From contig NC_082707.1 in assembly GCF_030144855.1 (NCBI RefSeq), forward strand, positions 155,434,001-155,498,000: a DNA stretch of 64,000 nt. The letters run 5' to 3'. Source of the DNA: Hypanus sabinus. Taxonomy: Eukaryota. The notes beneath the pieces are model-generated. The model was not told the origin of the DNA, ran no database searches, and worked only from the letters and a program-made list of their open reading frames with translations. Every line of letters begins with the position of its first letter. The stretch's first letter is position 1. This document shows, piece after piece, positions 1 through 13,552 of this stretch. The position numbers and the translations under genes are program-made.

Positions 1-2790
1 AGAGGGAAGTGATGGCAGGTAAGGAGATAAGGGCAAACACGAATGGGGAATGGCAAGTGAAGGGGGGCAATTATAGGGAGTTTGAGGAATCAATGTTCAT
101 GCCTTCAGGCTGGAGGCTACCCAGAGGGAATACAAGGTGTTGCTCCTCCAACCTATGTGGCCTCATCAGGGCAGTAAAGGAGGCCATGGAGTGACATTTT
201 GGAAAAGGAATAGGAAATAGAATTGAAATAGGTGGCTACCAGGAGATCCTGCTTTATCTGGTCAACTAAGCATAGGTTTTCGACTGTGGTCTTCCAGTCT
301 ACGTCAGGTATCACTGATATACAGGAGGCCACACAAGGAGCACCAAATACAGTAAATGACCCCAACAGACTCACAGGTGAAGTGTCAGCTCACTTGGAAG
401 GACTGTTTGGGGCCCTGAATGGTAGTGAGAGAGGAAGCATAGAGGCAAGAGTAGCACTTGTTCTGCTTGCAAGGATGAGTACCAGGAGGGAGGTCTGTGG
501 CAAGGGATGAATGTGCAAGGATGTTGCTTAGGGAGCAGAAAGTGGAAAGTTGGTGGGGGTAGGGGTTGGGGAAGGACATATGTGCTTGGTGGTGGAATCC
601 CATTGGAGATGGCAGAAGTTACAGAGAATTATATGATGGATGCAGAATTTTGTGGGATGGTAGCTGAAGACAAGAGGAACACCATCCCTGGTGTGCCAGT
701 GGGAGGATAGACATTCGTGAAATGGAAAAGATGCAGATGAGGGTATCATTGACAGTGGAAGAAGGAAAATCACTTTATTTGAAGAAGGAGGACATCCCAT
801 TTGTTCTGGAAAGAAAAGCCTCATCCTGCGAGGAAAAATGTAGCAGAGACAGAGGAACTAAGAGAAGGGGGTAGCATTTTTATAAGGGACAGGGTAAGAA
901 GAAGTATAGTCCAGGTAGTTATGAGGATCAGTGAGGTATAAAAGGTATCAATAGATAGACTGCCTCCAGAGATAGAGACAGAGAGATTGAGAAAGAGGAA
1001 GGAGGTGTTGGAAATGGACCAAGTAAATTTGAGGGCAGGGTGGAAATTGGAGGCAAATTTGATGAAGCTGACAAGCTCAGCATGGGTGCAAGAAGCTGCA
1101 CCAATGCAGTCGTTGATGTAACATAGAAAGAGTTGGGGAGCGATACCAGTATAGGCTTGGAAAGTGGACTGTTCGACATAGCTGATGAAAAAGCAAGCAT
1201 AGCTGTGACCCTTGTAAGTGCCCATGGCTACACCTTTGGTTTGAAGCAAGTGGGAGGAGCTGAAGAAGAAATTATAGAGGGTATCCAATTCTGCCAGATG
1301 AAGGAGAGTGGTGATGTAAGGGAACTGGTTTGGTCTGTTGTCCAGAAGCAGAGAGCTTTAACGCCTTCCTGATGGGGGAGTGGGGTGTGAATATCCACAG
1401 TGAAAATGAGACAATGGGGGCCAAGGAACTTGAACTCATTGAAAAGATCCAGAATGTGTGAAGTGCCACAGATGTAGGTAGGAAGGGACTGAACTAGGGG
1501 GAATGAAATAGTTGAGATATGCAGATATAAGTTCATTGGGGCAGAAACAAGCAGAAATAGGTCTACCTGGATGGGCAGGTTTATGGATCTTGGGTAAGAG
1601 ATAGTAACAGGAGATGCAGGGCAAGGGAGGGCAAGGGAGGTTTGTGGCAGATCCCCAGAGTCAATAAGGTTGATGTTGGTGGGGGAGACAATAGTCTGGT
1701 GCTCCTTAGTGGGGTCCTGTTCGAGGGGTAAGTAAGAGGAGGAGTCTTAGAGTTGTCACTTGGCTTCACCAAGGTAGAGGTCAGTTCTTCAGACCACTAC
1801 AGCACCCTCCCTTATCTGCAGATTTAATGGTGAGGTTAGGAATAATGCAAAGACAGTGGAGAGCAGCACGTTCAGAAGGAGTGTGGTTAGAATTGGAGAG
1901 AGGAGCGGCAAAGTCAAGACAGTTGATGTCTCATCGGCAGACAGCAATAAAAAAAATAAAAAGCAGGCAGAAAGCTAGAGCAGTGCATCCAGGAAGAGGA
2001 GGAGGATTGAAGATGGGAAAAGGGGTCATCAGTGCAGGCTGGAAACTCCTTGCCAAAGAAATAGGCCCAGAGACAGAAGCAACAGAAGGGGTCAGTGTCA
2101 TGGCGAGGACAGAACTCACTAAGGTGTGGGCGTAAGGGTACAAAGGTGAGGCCCTTACTGAGAACTGATTGTCTTGCCTCAGAAAGGGTAAGGTCAGAGA
2201 GAATGGTGAAGACCCAGCACAAATAAGAGCTGGTAAAAAAGAAAGGGTTGGTAGTGTCAAAGGAGAGGGGAGGATTGGGGTGTTCAGGGAAGGTGGAATG
2301 GGAGTAAGATGGAGTCTCTGAAGACCCAAGAGCTGACGATGGGACCTGAGACACACGGGAATGCAGAGCGGTGGTGGGGGAAGGGGAGACTGGGGTTCCA
2401 GCGGCAGTGTGTAAAATCTCGGCCTGGACGTGCTGTCGGTTAAGGTCCATGCTGGAATCAGTGTTAGAGGTTGTACAATAGGCACTTTGAAGGTGTCCAG
2501 GATTGTTGGAACCCACATTGATAGCAGTGGAATCTGGGATCTTAATCTGTTCAGGATCATTGGAACCATCAAAGTCAGCTGCAGGGATCATGATCTGGGG
2601 ACATCTGTCACTGCCAGCATTGGAGATGGCAGGTTCTATAGTCTTCGAATCCTTGCTGAACATGAGAAAAGTGACGAACCATTGATTGAAAGTATCGGAC
2701 AGGTTCACTGCAGGTGGCAGAGAGAATCCCGGAGTTGAGGCAGCGACTGGGACAGGGACACCAAGTACCTCCTCATAGCAGACAGTGCGG
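1..2790 (-). mobile_element. Degenerate Penelope-like retroelement (RT + GIY-YIG endonuclease remnants)
   Basis: Minus-strand ORF fragments carry PLE RT motifs YLLPKIHKP..PGRPI (1436-1624) and QTKGVAMGT..LFLCYIND (821-1288); endonuclease-like remnant at ~150-400; many frameshifts. Ends approximate. Confidence 0.85.
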
Positions 2791-4880
2791 CACATAGAAT
2801 GTGGGTGGAAAAGCAGTCAATTGAATGCGAGTACCTGGGATCCTCAGAAGGACTATTTCATGACTAATGGTACATGGAGACAATCCTTGCAGGATGTAAA
2901 GGTGAAGAGAAGAGCAGATACAGGAAGTGATTACCACCTTGTTGTAGCAGTGATGAAACTCAAACTAAGAAACACTGGGACGAGAACACATGTACAAAGA
3001 CATTTTGAAGTTGAGAAGCTCAAGGTGTGAGACCATTGTGAGATCTGCTTTCACTATTCAGTTTAAGAACAGATCTCAGGGCTTGCAAGAGCTTGACAAG
3101 GATGCGTCAGTAGACAAGATAAACACAGTGTGGAAACAGATTCCCACAGTCTTCATGGAGAGAAGCGAGGCTTCTCTAGGATACAGAGCTAGAAAAAAGA
3201 ACAAAGAATGGATACAGTAGGAACCAATGGACAGCCTTTGAAGAAAGACAGAAAATTAAGAAGGAAGTGTTAGAGGCAAAGTCAATACAAATTAGGATGA
3301 AAATTCAACTAGCATATACTGAAGCTAACAACAAAGTGAAGAGATTTGTTAGAAAGGTAAGAGCATCTACATGGAAAACCTTACAGAGGAGGCCAAAGCA
3401 GAAGCCAGTCAAGGTGATCATGTAAATATCATAAAATTACAAAATTAGTATGTGGTAAGTACCAGACCAGATCCAGTGGGCCCATGAAAGGTAGGAATGG
3501 TCTGCTTTTAACAACTGAGAAAGAGCAAGAGGTAAGATGGACCAGAGTATTCAGATTATTTCAGAGATTTCAGAGTATTTTTGAATAGACTACCACCAGA
3601 GAAAGAATCTGATGTACAAAAGGCAGCAGAGGACTTTGGCATCAACACAGATCCACTCAAGAAAGAAGAGATTGTTGCTACGATTAAATCAGTACAGAAC
3701 AGCAAAGCTCCAGGACATTCAAGCAACACCCACAAAATGCTGAAGGAATTCAGCAGGCCAGGCAGCATCTATGTCAACGTTTCGGGCCAAGACCCTTCAT
3801 CAGATATGATAATTTGAATGCCAAACTGTTCAAAACTGAACCAAAAGTTGCGGCACCCATCCTTCAAACACTGTTTATTATAATCTGGGAATGAGGACAA
3901 GTACTCAAGAACTAGACAAAGTGAGTTATTGTTAGGATCCCCAAGAAAGGAGCACCAAATGATTGCAAAAAGCAATGTGGCTTCAAACTTTTGCCCATCA
4001 AGATTCTCACCAAAATCATTGTCCGACAAATTACTGATACTGTTAATATGTGCTGAGGAAGAAGCAAGTTGGCTTCAGGAGACAGTACTGACTAGATCTT
4101 CACACTGCACAACATCATAGAGTAGTGCACAGACTGGTGATATTGTTTAAACTTGTGATTGACTGGGTTATGAGGCAAACAACATTAGAAGACCTTGGCT
4201 TTGGGATGATCTCACACTACAATTACTAACACCAGCACATGCAAGAGAAAACTCAGTGACTGTGTACAGGTTGGACTCAGAGTCAGCCAAAGAAAGACCG
4301 AGACCATGACTCTCAATGTAAAGTCTCCTCCTCCCGTCAAGGCACATGGGATCAACTTACCCAGCACCGGCAGGTTCACCTATTGATCTTCAGATCAATA
4401 GCAACATAAGGGGATCAACCAAGTACAGTGTGAACACCATGGTGAAGCTGTACCAGAGCTGTGTTCTGTCCTCACTCTTGTACAGGTCAGAATGCTAGCG
4501 TATGACAGAGATCGATCTTGCCAAGTTGTCGTCATTCCACACTACAAGCCTCTGGAAGTTCCTCAGTATTTTCTGTCCAAGAAAAATCTCCAACAATGCC
4601 CTACTCCTCTTTACTGTCAGCAAGAGAACATGGCCACAGTCATCATGAGGAAACATTGGACATGGATTGGAAATGGGATATGAAGAGAGGCCACATCATC
4701 AAGACAGCACTTTATTGAACCCCTGAAGGACAGAGGAAAAACAGGACACTTGGTTCTTTTCTGTAAAGGCAAAAATGGGGATCCTGAACCACTCCTGGGG
4801 CACAATAGAGAAGATAAACAAGGACAGACAGACAGAGATGGAGGACTTCCATGCCACTGTAAATCCAAGTGGCGTAGTGG
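2790..4880 (+). mobile_element. Degenerate RTE-clade LINE
   Basis: AP-endonuclease C-terminal motif DVKVKRRADTGSDYHLVVAVMKLKL (2785-3030); downstream KAPG and RT/C-terminal remnants; heavily decayed. Confidence 0.7.
3725..3803 (-). mobile_element. Penelope-terminal-repeat-derived short element with hammerhead core
   Basis: Minus strand reads CTGATGA-A-GGGT-CTTG-GCCC-GAAA-CG-TT at 3803->3773; same family as the copies at 15020-15246 and 51311-51441. Confidence 0.75.
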
Positions 4881-4924
4881 GCAGCAAGAAACATGAAAAA
4901 TGCCAGATGACTGAAGGACAACAG

Positions 4925-5325
4925 ATTCAAGAAGGCCACAAGGATAAATCAAGTAATTACAGGCCTGTGAGTCTAATTTCAGTCATTGTAAAGTTATTGG
5001 GAAAAATATCTGAGAACCAGGATTACTCTGCACTTGGAAAAGTGAGAATCAAAGACATCCAATATGGATTTTTTTAATCCTGTTTGTCTACTGTGAATAA
5101 ATTTTTCAGAGGTAACAATATGCTTTGATGAGGACTTCAATAAAGGCTTGGACAAGGTCCAACATGGGAAACAAATCCAAAAGGTTAGAGCCCATTGGAT
5201 CCAAAACAAGTTGGAAAGCTGGATCCAGTATTGGCTTAGTTACAGGAGACAAGAGATTAATAGTAGAGGATTGCTTATGTGATTGGAAGCCTGTGACCAA
5301 TGATGTACCAAAGGAAATGGTACGA
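4925..5325 (+). mobile_element. CR1 LINE RT fragment
   Basis: NYRPVSLISVIVKLL and WKPVTNDVP motifs. Confidence 0.7.
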
Positions 5326-5440
5326 TAGTAGTTTATTCTACAATCTTATTGTTCTACTTCAATGCACTGTAATGATCTGATCTGCATGAACAGTAAGCAA
5401 GAAAAGCTTCACTCCTTCTTGGTACATCTGACAATAACAA

Positions 5441-7266
5441 GGATGAAGGGACAATTTCGAATGAGGTTGGAGGCACTATTAGATGCACAGCAGTTCTGGC
5501 AGGGACTGCAAGACATTACTCCCTTCAAAGCAAAACCCAATAGTATGAATGGTAGCGATGCTTCGCTACCAAATGAACTCAACGCCTTCTAAGCATGCTT
5601 TGAAAGGGAGAACACAACTACAGCTGTGAAGATCACTGCTGCACCTGATGACCCTGAGATCTCTGTCACAGAGGCCGATAGACTGTCTTTAAAGAGAGTA
5701 AACCCTCGCAAGGCAGAAGGTCCCGATGGAGTACCTGGTATGGCTTTGAAAACCTGTGCCAGCCAACTAGCAGGAGTATTCAAGGTCATTTTCAACCTCT
5801 CACTGCTACAGGCAGAAATTCCCACTTGCTTTAAAAAGGCAACAATTATACCAGTGCCAAAGAAGAATAATGTGGGCTGCCTTAACAACTATCGCCCGGT
5901 AGCACTCACATCAACAGTGATGAAATGCTTTGAGATGCTGGTTATGACTAGACTGAACTCTTGCCTCAGCAAGGACCTGGACCCATTGCAATTTGCCTAT
6001 CATCACAATAGGTCAACAGCAGACGCAATCTCCATGGCTCTTCACACAGCTTTAGACCACCTAGACAAAACAAACACCTATGTCAGGATGCTGTTCATCG
6101 ACTATAGCTCAGCATTTAATACCATCATTCCTATAATCCTGATGCAGATGTTGCAGATCCTGGGCCTCTGTACCTCCCTTTGTAATTGGATCCTTGACTT
6201 CCTTACCGGAAGACCACAGTCTGGATAGATTGGTGATAACATATCCTCTTCACTGACAATCAACACTGGGGTGTGTGCTTCGCCCACTGCTCTACTCTCT
6301 GTATACACATGACTCTGTGGCTAGGCATAGCTCAAACACCATCTACAGATTTGCTGATGATACAATCATTGTTGGTAGCATCTCAGGTGGTGACAAGAGG
6401 GTGTACAGGAGTGAGATATGCCAACTAGTGGAATGGTGCCGCATCAACGGCCTGGTACTCAATCTCAGTAAGACAAAAGAGCTGATTGTGGACTTCAGGA
6501 AGGGCAAGACGAAGCAGCACATACCAAACCTCATAGAGGGATCAGAAGTGGAGAGAGTGAGCAGCTTCAAGTTCCTGAGTGTCAAGATCTCTGAGGATCT
6601 AACCAGGTCCCAGCATATTGATGTAGTCATAAAGAAGGCAAAACAGCTTCTATACTTTATTAGGAGTCTGAAGCAATTTGGCATGTCAACAAATATGCTC
6701 AAAAACTTCTATAGTTGCACCATGGAGAGCATTCTGACAAGTTGTAACACTGTCTTTTATGGAGGGGCTACTGCACAGGACCGAAAGAAGCTGCAGAGGG
6801 TTGTAAATCTAGTCTGCTCCATCTTGGGTACTAGCCTACAGAGTATCCAGGACGTCTTTAGGAAGTGGTATCTCAGAAAGGCAGCGTCCATTATTAAAGA
6901 CCTCCAGCACCCAGGATGTGCATTTTCCTCACTGTAACCATCAGGTAGGAGATACAGAAGCCTGAAGGCACACACACTCAGCAATTCAGGAACAGCTTCT
7001 TCCCCTCTGCCATCCGATTCCTAAATGGACATTGAACCCTTAGACACAATGTCACTTTCTTAATATACAGTATTTCTGTTTTTGCACATTTTTAAAATAA
7101 TCTATTTAATATACATAATTGATTTACTTGTTTATGTTTTATTTTATTTGTTATTATATTTTTTTTCTCTCTCTCTGCTAGATAATGTATTACATTGGAC
7201 TGCTGCTGCTAAGTCAACAAATTTCATGTCTCATGCCAGTGATAATAAACCTGATTCTGATTCTGA
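5441..7266 (+). mobile_element. 5'-truncated Rex1/Babar LINE with largely readable RT
   Basis: ORFs 5626-6228 and 6275-6937: [41 protein letters not shown]; 3' tail of (ATTCTG)n at ~7251-7266. Confidence 0.85.
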
Positions 7267-8910
7267 ATGTAAGGAAAGTGGGGTAGCACTCTTAATTAAA
7301 GATGAGATCAGGGTGATAGTGAGAAATGATAAAAGATCTAAGGATCAGAATGCTGAATCCATCTGGGTAGAGATTAGGATTAGTAAAGGGAAACAAATCA
7401 CTAGTGGGAGCTGTCTGTCAGTCACCAAATAATAACATTACAGTGGCACAGGCAAAGAACAGAGTAATATCTGAGGCATGTAACAATGGAACAGCAGTTA
7501 TCATGGGGGAGCTTAACTTGCACATAGATTGGGTGAATCAAGTTAGTTGAAACAGTCTTGGCAAGGACTTCATGGAATGCATCCATGATGGCTTTCTTGA
7601 GCAGCACATTACTGAGCCTGCAAGGGAACATGCTATCTTAGATCTCGCCCTGTGCAATGAGACAGGTAAAATTAGTGATCTTGTAGTTAGGGATCCTCTT
7701 GGAAAGAGTGATCACAGTATGATCCAGTTTCTCATACAAATGGAGGGTGCAATAGTTCAATCTAAAACCAGCACATTATGTCTAAAGAGTGTATGAGGGA
7801 GGATTTAGCTGGAGTAGACTGGAAACACAGGCTATATGGTGGAATGGTTGAAGAACAGTGGAAGACTTTCAAAGAGATTTTTCACAGTGTTCAACAAAAT
7901 CATATTCCGGTTAAAAGCAAGGACAGTAAGGGTGGGGAGAGCCAGCCTTGAATAGCTAAGGAAATAAAAGAAGGCATCAAACTAAAAGGTTATATATGGT
8001 TATATAGTTAAAAGCTTAGGGAAGATTGGGAAAAACTTTATAAAGCAATAAAGAACCACTAAGCAAGCAATAAAAAAGGGAAGCTAGATTATGAAAATAA
8101 ACTAGCACAAAATATAAAAACTGATAATAAAAGTTTTTATAATTATATAAAGTGAAAAAAGGTGGCTAAAGCGAACATAGGTCCCTGGGAGGACGAGAAG
8201 GGGGAATTCATATTGGGTAATGAGGAAATGCCAGAGGCTTGGAATCACTATTTTGCTTTGGTCTTCACGGTGGAGGACATGTCTAACATGCCAAAGAGAG
8301 ATGTTATGTATGTAATGGGAGGTGAGAACCACGATACAATAGCAATCCTGTGGGACTGAAGACAGACAAGTCCCCTGGTCTTGATGGAATGCATCCCAGG
8401 GTACTGAAAGAAATGGCAGAAGTTTTAGTAGAGACTTGGTGATAATATTTTGACAAAATTCTCTGGACTCTAGGCAGGTCTCAGCTGATTAGAAGAGGGC
8501 AAATGTCACACAACTGTTCAAAAAGGGTGTAGGCAAAGGGTCTCCTTACTTGAGGAAGGACATAGTAACTTTGGTGGCAGTGCAGAAGAGGTTAATCAGG
8601 TTGATTCCAGAGATGAGGGGGTTGGACTCTGAGGAGAGATTGAGTCGCCTGGGACAGTACTCGCTGGAATTCAGAAGAATGCGAGGAGATCTTATAGAGG
8701 CAGGAAAGTTATTTCCACTGGTAGGTGAGACTAGAACTGGGGGACATAGCCTCAAGATTCAGGGAAGTAGATTTAGGATGCCAATGAGGAGAAACTGCTT
8801 TTCCCAGAGAGTGGTGAATCTGTGGAATTCTCTGCCCAATGAGGCTACCTCAGTAAATATGTAAGACAAGATTGGTTAGATTTTTGCAAAGTAGGGGAAT
8901 TAAAGGTTCC
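7267..8910 (+). mobile_element. CR1 LINE, internally deleted
   Basis: EN motifs EPAREHAILDLALCNE and PLGKSDH; 3' motifs YSLEFRRMRGDL and FSQRVVNLWNSLP. Confidence 0.85.
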
Positions 8911-10675
8911 CTTATAAATGGAATTTATATAAACAGGTACATGGACATTGTGGGCCAAAGTGCTTGCCACAATTATGCATGACTCTTTATTTAAGCGGAA
9001 TTATTAAGCAGAATGATTCATATAAAATATACCCTGCAGAGGAACTTTTATATTCCAACCCAGTGTCCAACTTAATCTTCAAATGTGTTAAACAATAAGT
9101 TAAATCCTGAAATAAATCAATTTGTTAAAGTATGTTTATTTAGATGTTAAAAATGTAAATGTTTCAATTGTGTTATCTTTGAAACACAAGAAAGTGAGAA
9201 AATGAAAGGAAAAAGAATGAGAGAAAATGAGAAAATCAATCACAAGAACAGATAATTGTACAAAAATCTGACAGATCAATGAGGGTCCTTCCATTCCACA
9301 TGTTGACAGATATCAAAAACCCAGTTGAGAGACAGACCCATCATTTCATTGCTAAAGCCACAATTCACATGCCAATTCAACTAAAAGCCAAGACCAATTC
9401 TCAGATCTACAAATGCTCCAACTCATCACCATGCAAATGTGGTTATTATTAACTAATTTATTTATTAACTAAGTTAATTTTATCAACTAAGAGTTGAGGC
9501 CTATCCTTTCCTGGCAATGCATTATACAGCAAGAACAACTATATACAATCATATAGAGTATCTTTTACTATGGATATTTGCATTTATAAAGTAACTTTCA
9601 CACACAAAAAAATGTACAAGGCACCTCACAGAAAAGTTACAAAACATGTAACAAATGGAATAAGAAATCCATTCAAAGCTCAAACACTGAGCTGGGATTT
9701 AAAGACCACTTTAAAAAGAAAACAAATTGGAACAAATTGCAGAACCTTGACTCCAGACATAGATGCCAACTATTACCCACAATCATACTCTAAAAACATT
9801 CTAATTTGGCAAGAGAACAGACAGCTTAATAAAAAATTGAAGATCCAAGTTCTAACTCTCGAACACTTGATTTGAACCACCCTTGCCTAGGTTGTCAGAT
9901 ACCCCTTCAGCCCAACTTTACAAAATTTATAAGACTCCTGGTTAGTAACAGGACAAAAGGCACAACCTCCCATCTCCCTTATTAACACTACTCTTTCAGT
10001 CAATCCATTTTGTCTGGGATGCCTGTCACTATTTGAACTAAGAAGGAACACTCACCACATCAACAATCTTTTTGACAACAAGTTAAATTTTCTATCTCAT
10101 ATCTAATCCAGCACAAGACAATCTACCTCCACTTTCATAACATCTACCACTTCACCTGCCAAAGCTGATAATACTCTGCCTCGCTTTTGTCATTTCCATA
10201 CTTGACTACTCTGATATTATCTTGGCCAGCTACCCTACCTTCCAAATTATCAGCTCACCTTCTAGAATAAGGCATATTCTATTACAAAGTTCCACACAAT
10301 CATTGTCTATCTTTGCTGATCTATATTAGCTCATAGTATTAACTATTAACCTTTATGATCCCACAAAGTTTCATTCTTGCCACTGTTCTCTCACTGCCCA
10401 GGTACTGACGTTGCACGTCCATTATGGCTTCAGTGCAATGGTCCTTTGCTTAGAAAAACATGTAAACACGTAACACCTGGCTCAAAGACAGTCTTTATCC
10501 TGTGGTTATAAGACTATTCAATGGTTCCCTAGTATAGTAAGATGGATGCTTGACCCACAGTCTACCTCAATGTGACCTTCCACCTTATTAACTCCATGCA
10601 TTGCACTCTCTGTAACTATAACACTTTATGAGAACAATAAAGTGGTGGGAGGGGAGAGCTAATTGAATATTGAAA

Positions 10676-11015
10676 GCCTAGATAGAGTAGACATGGAGAG
10701 GATGTTTCTTATAGACAAAAGAGTACAGCCTCAGAATACAAGGATGCACCTTTAGAACAGAGGTGAGGAGGAATTTCTTGAGCCAGAGGGTGGTGAATCT
10801 GTGGAATTCACTGCTACATATGGCTATGGAGGCCAAATCACAGGGTATATTTAGAAGCAGAGGTTGATAAGATTCTTGATTAGTAAGGACATCAAAGGTT
10901 ATGGAGAGAAGGCAGAAAAATGGGGTTGAGATGGAAAGTAAATCAGCCATGATCAAATGATGGAGCAGACTCAATGGACTGAATGGCTGAATTCTGCTCC
11001 TGTGTTTCATGATCT
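10676..11015 (+). mobile_element. CR1 LINE 3' end fragment
   Basis: FLSQRVVNLWNSL-type sequence plus CR1 3' UTR, flanked by Rex-like tail pieces. Confidence 0.7.
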
Positions 11016-11452
11016 CATTCTGCACTCTGTTATTGTTTTACCTTGTGCTAACTCAATGCACTGTCATAATGAAATGATCTGTATGGACAATATGCAAGAC
11101 AAGTTTTTCACTGTAACCTAATGCATGTGACAGTAATAAACCAATTTACCATTTTACCAATTTAATTTACCAATTTGCTGAGCAAAAATGGCAGTCATAC
11201 AACTTAATTTTAATTCTCCTCCTTTATTTCTTATTTCCTCCAGTCAACACCAAACTAAACATACAAGTAGTTGTCATTTGTCTAAGCTGAAACAGAACAC
11301 TTCCATTTAATTTACGTAAAATTATCAAGAATTTTCAATCAAGAGATATTAGTGTATATGACCAAACAATGTGAAAAGTAAAGTCCCTTATGAAAACTGC
11401 AAAATAGCACAGCTGTCATTGCAATGGTAATAAAATAAAGACTTTTTTTTAC

Positions 11453-11535
11453 CCATTGAGATAACTTGTAATGGTCACATCCACCTTCTCCTTGTGCCCG
11501 CTGACTAGTTGATTTTGCTCTGGACAAATCATGCA
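11453..11535 (-). CDS. KIAA0586: Candidate KIAA0586/TALPID3 exon 2 (83 nt)
   Basis: tttcag acceptor and GTAAAA donor; phase 1 in, phase 0 out; continues the exon-1 frame without a stop (VHDLSRAKSTSQRAQGEGGCDHYKLSQW). Protein similarity is weak. Confidence 0.5.
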
Positions 11536-13341
11536 CTGAAATCAAATAATTGCAAATAAGATTGTGTACAATCCTCACAAAAGAGTTGCAAACCTTAAAT
11601 TTAATTTTAAAAATCCACAAAATCCAGATACAAGGAATAAGCTTTCAAAAATATTCACACATTTGAAGTTTCTTCTTTAGTCCAAGATAAAATTAAAGCA
11701 AACCTAAAAAAACCACATACTATTGTTTCATTAGAATCCAAATAGTGTATTAAAAAGGGTCCAATTAACAGTAAAAGACCATATCTCAAAGAATGCTTTC
11801 TAATGTATTAATTCCTATAACAGCAGTATGTTACAACTTTTCTTTTTGTAGTGCAAAAGCTCATCTTAAAGTTGAATAGAATATCAAAGAATAGACAGAG
11901 GTTGGCTGTGTTTCAGAGAATCCCAGGGAAAGAGATAAGAAGTTGGTGCCATGGAAAAGATTTGATGCTGGGGAGCCAATACAATACTTTCAGTCTTTAT
12001 AGTCTTTGCCTGGTGAGGATATCTGCTCATCTAATCTGAAAATGTATCATTAATGGTGGAGCCAGATGGCAATGCGATAGACCTGGATGATAATACAAAA
12101 AAAGTGCACATGGAAACAGTAGTTGCACTTTCAGGTTAGCTGCAGGCGACCACTAGAAGCTAGGAAGAATTGATAATTGGTTTAGTATTGTCACGTACAT
12201 CAAGATACAGTGCAAAGCTTTTGTTTGTATGCCACTTAAAGCAGCTCACTCTGTAAGTACACTGAGGTAGATCAGAAGGAAATTAAGAGAATGTAGGATA
12301 TGATCAAGGATTTCTCCTTGTATGACACCAGTAATGCCGCACGGATGAGAAGTGAAACCAAAGTTCAAAGTCCACCATTTTTTTGTTCCTCATTTCTATC
12401 TCTCCAGCATCATTTTTCAGCAGTCTGATATCTAATCTCACCTCTCTTTTACTCTTTATATATTTGTAAAAACTTTCGATATCCTCTTTTATATTATTGG
12501 CTAGCTTATCTTTGTATTTCATCTTTTCTCTCCTTTTGGCTTTTTTTAATTGTAGAGCAGGAAATAAAATAATTATGGTGAAGAGGTAATAACAATAAAA
12601 TTTTTAAAAGATTACAGGTTATGTACATATGCAGATTATCAATAAAAATTTTAAAAAGAATTTTATTCACAATGATTACATCATAACTACCAAGATTGTT
12701 CTAGACACCACACCTTAACATTTTAAAATCTGAAACGGATCTGTTTCACAATATTGAAGGATATGGAGCAACAACATAGAGTTACATTTCAATGACAAAG
12801 ATTAGCATACACATTGTAGGTTGAAAACCCTGTTCCTGATTATAGTGTTTTATATAAGACAGATCAATGGTGTCAAGATGAAGAATGGCTCTTCAATAGC
12901 ATGACAGTCCCTCAAGTCTGAGGCTACAGGATTAATCCTTACAAGCTTGTTCCCTACTTCCACCATGTCATCTTCAAAATTGGAGTAAATGTGTTTGCTT
13001 TTTAGTAGATATATATTGATCTTTGCCTTATCCTATTGAGGACTTTAGAAATAAGTATTTTTAGTGAAGTGATAACCCCAAAGGTTGGGGAATTTATCAG
13101 CAAATATCCAATCAGTAACTTATTGCTTCAGGTATGTTTATGAATACCTTTAACTTCAATTTTGCCACACTGCAAAACTTGAAAACTCCGATATGACAAT
13201 GCTGAATACAAGTTACAAAGTAACTACACTTGTATAATGACTATTGCCCATCATGGAAATCAATCACTGGATGCCGTTCTATGTTTTAACATTTTACCAA
13301 ATTATCCAAGCTAACACATTAAGTGAAGAATTGTTGTTAAC

Positions 13342-13552
13342 CTTGAGAAAATCCACTTCCTCCTTCTGATACATCCACACCTGGTGCTAAAAGTTCAAAG
13401 CATGCTTTATTTTCTGGTAGAGCTGGTGGGATGTAAACAGAGTCCTCCGCATGCTGTGGAGAAGTAACTCGGCACAACTTTTTTGCCGAAGTTTGGCCTC
13501 CGCTCACAGTCCGAAGAGGGAAGGTGCGATCTTCTTCAAATACCTTTGCCAT
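13342..13552 (-). CDS. KIAA0586: KIAA0586/TALPID3 first coding exon
   Basis: ATG at 13552, AAG|GTTAAC donor at 13342/13341. KKLCRVTSPQH..IPPALPENK resembles the human TALPID3 N-terminus (KRLREVVSQNH..VPPALSANK). Head-to-head with TIMM9 as in human. Confidence 0.7.

Noticed and set aside
1914-2795. Long overlapping 293-aa and 213-aa ORFs
   Set aside because: They are the 5' region of the Penelope element on a pyrimidine-rich strand with few stops, not host genes.
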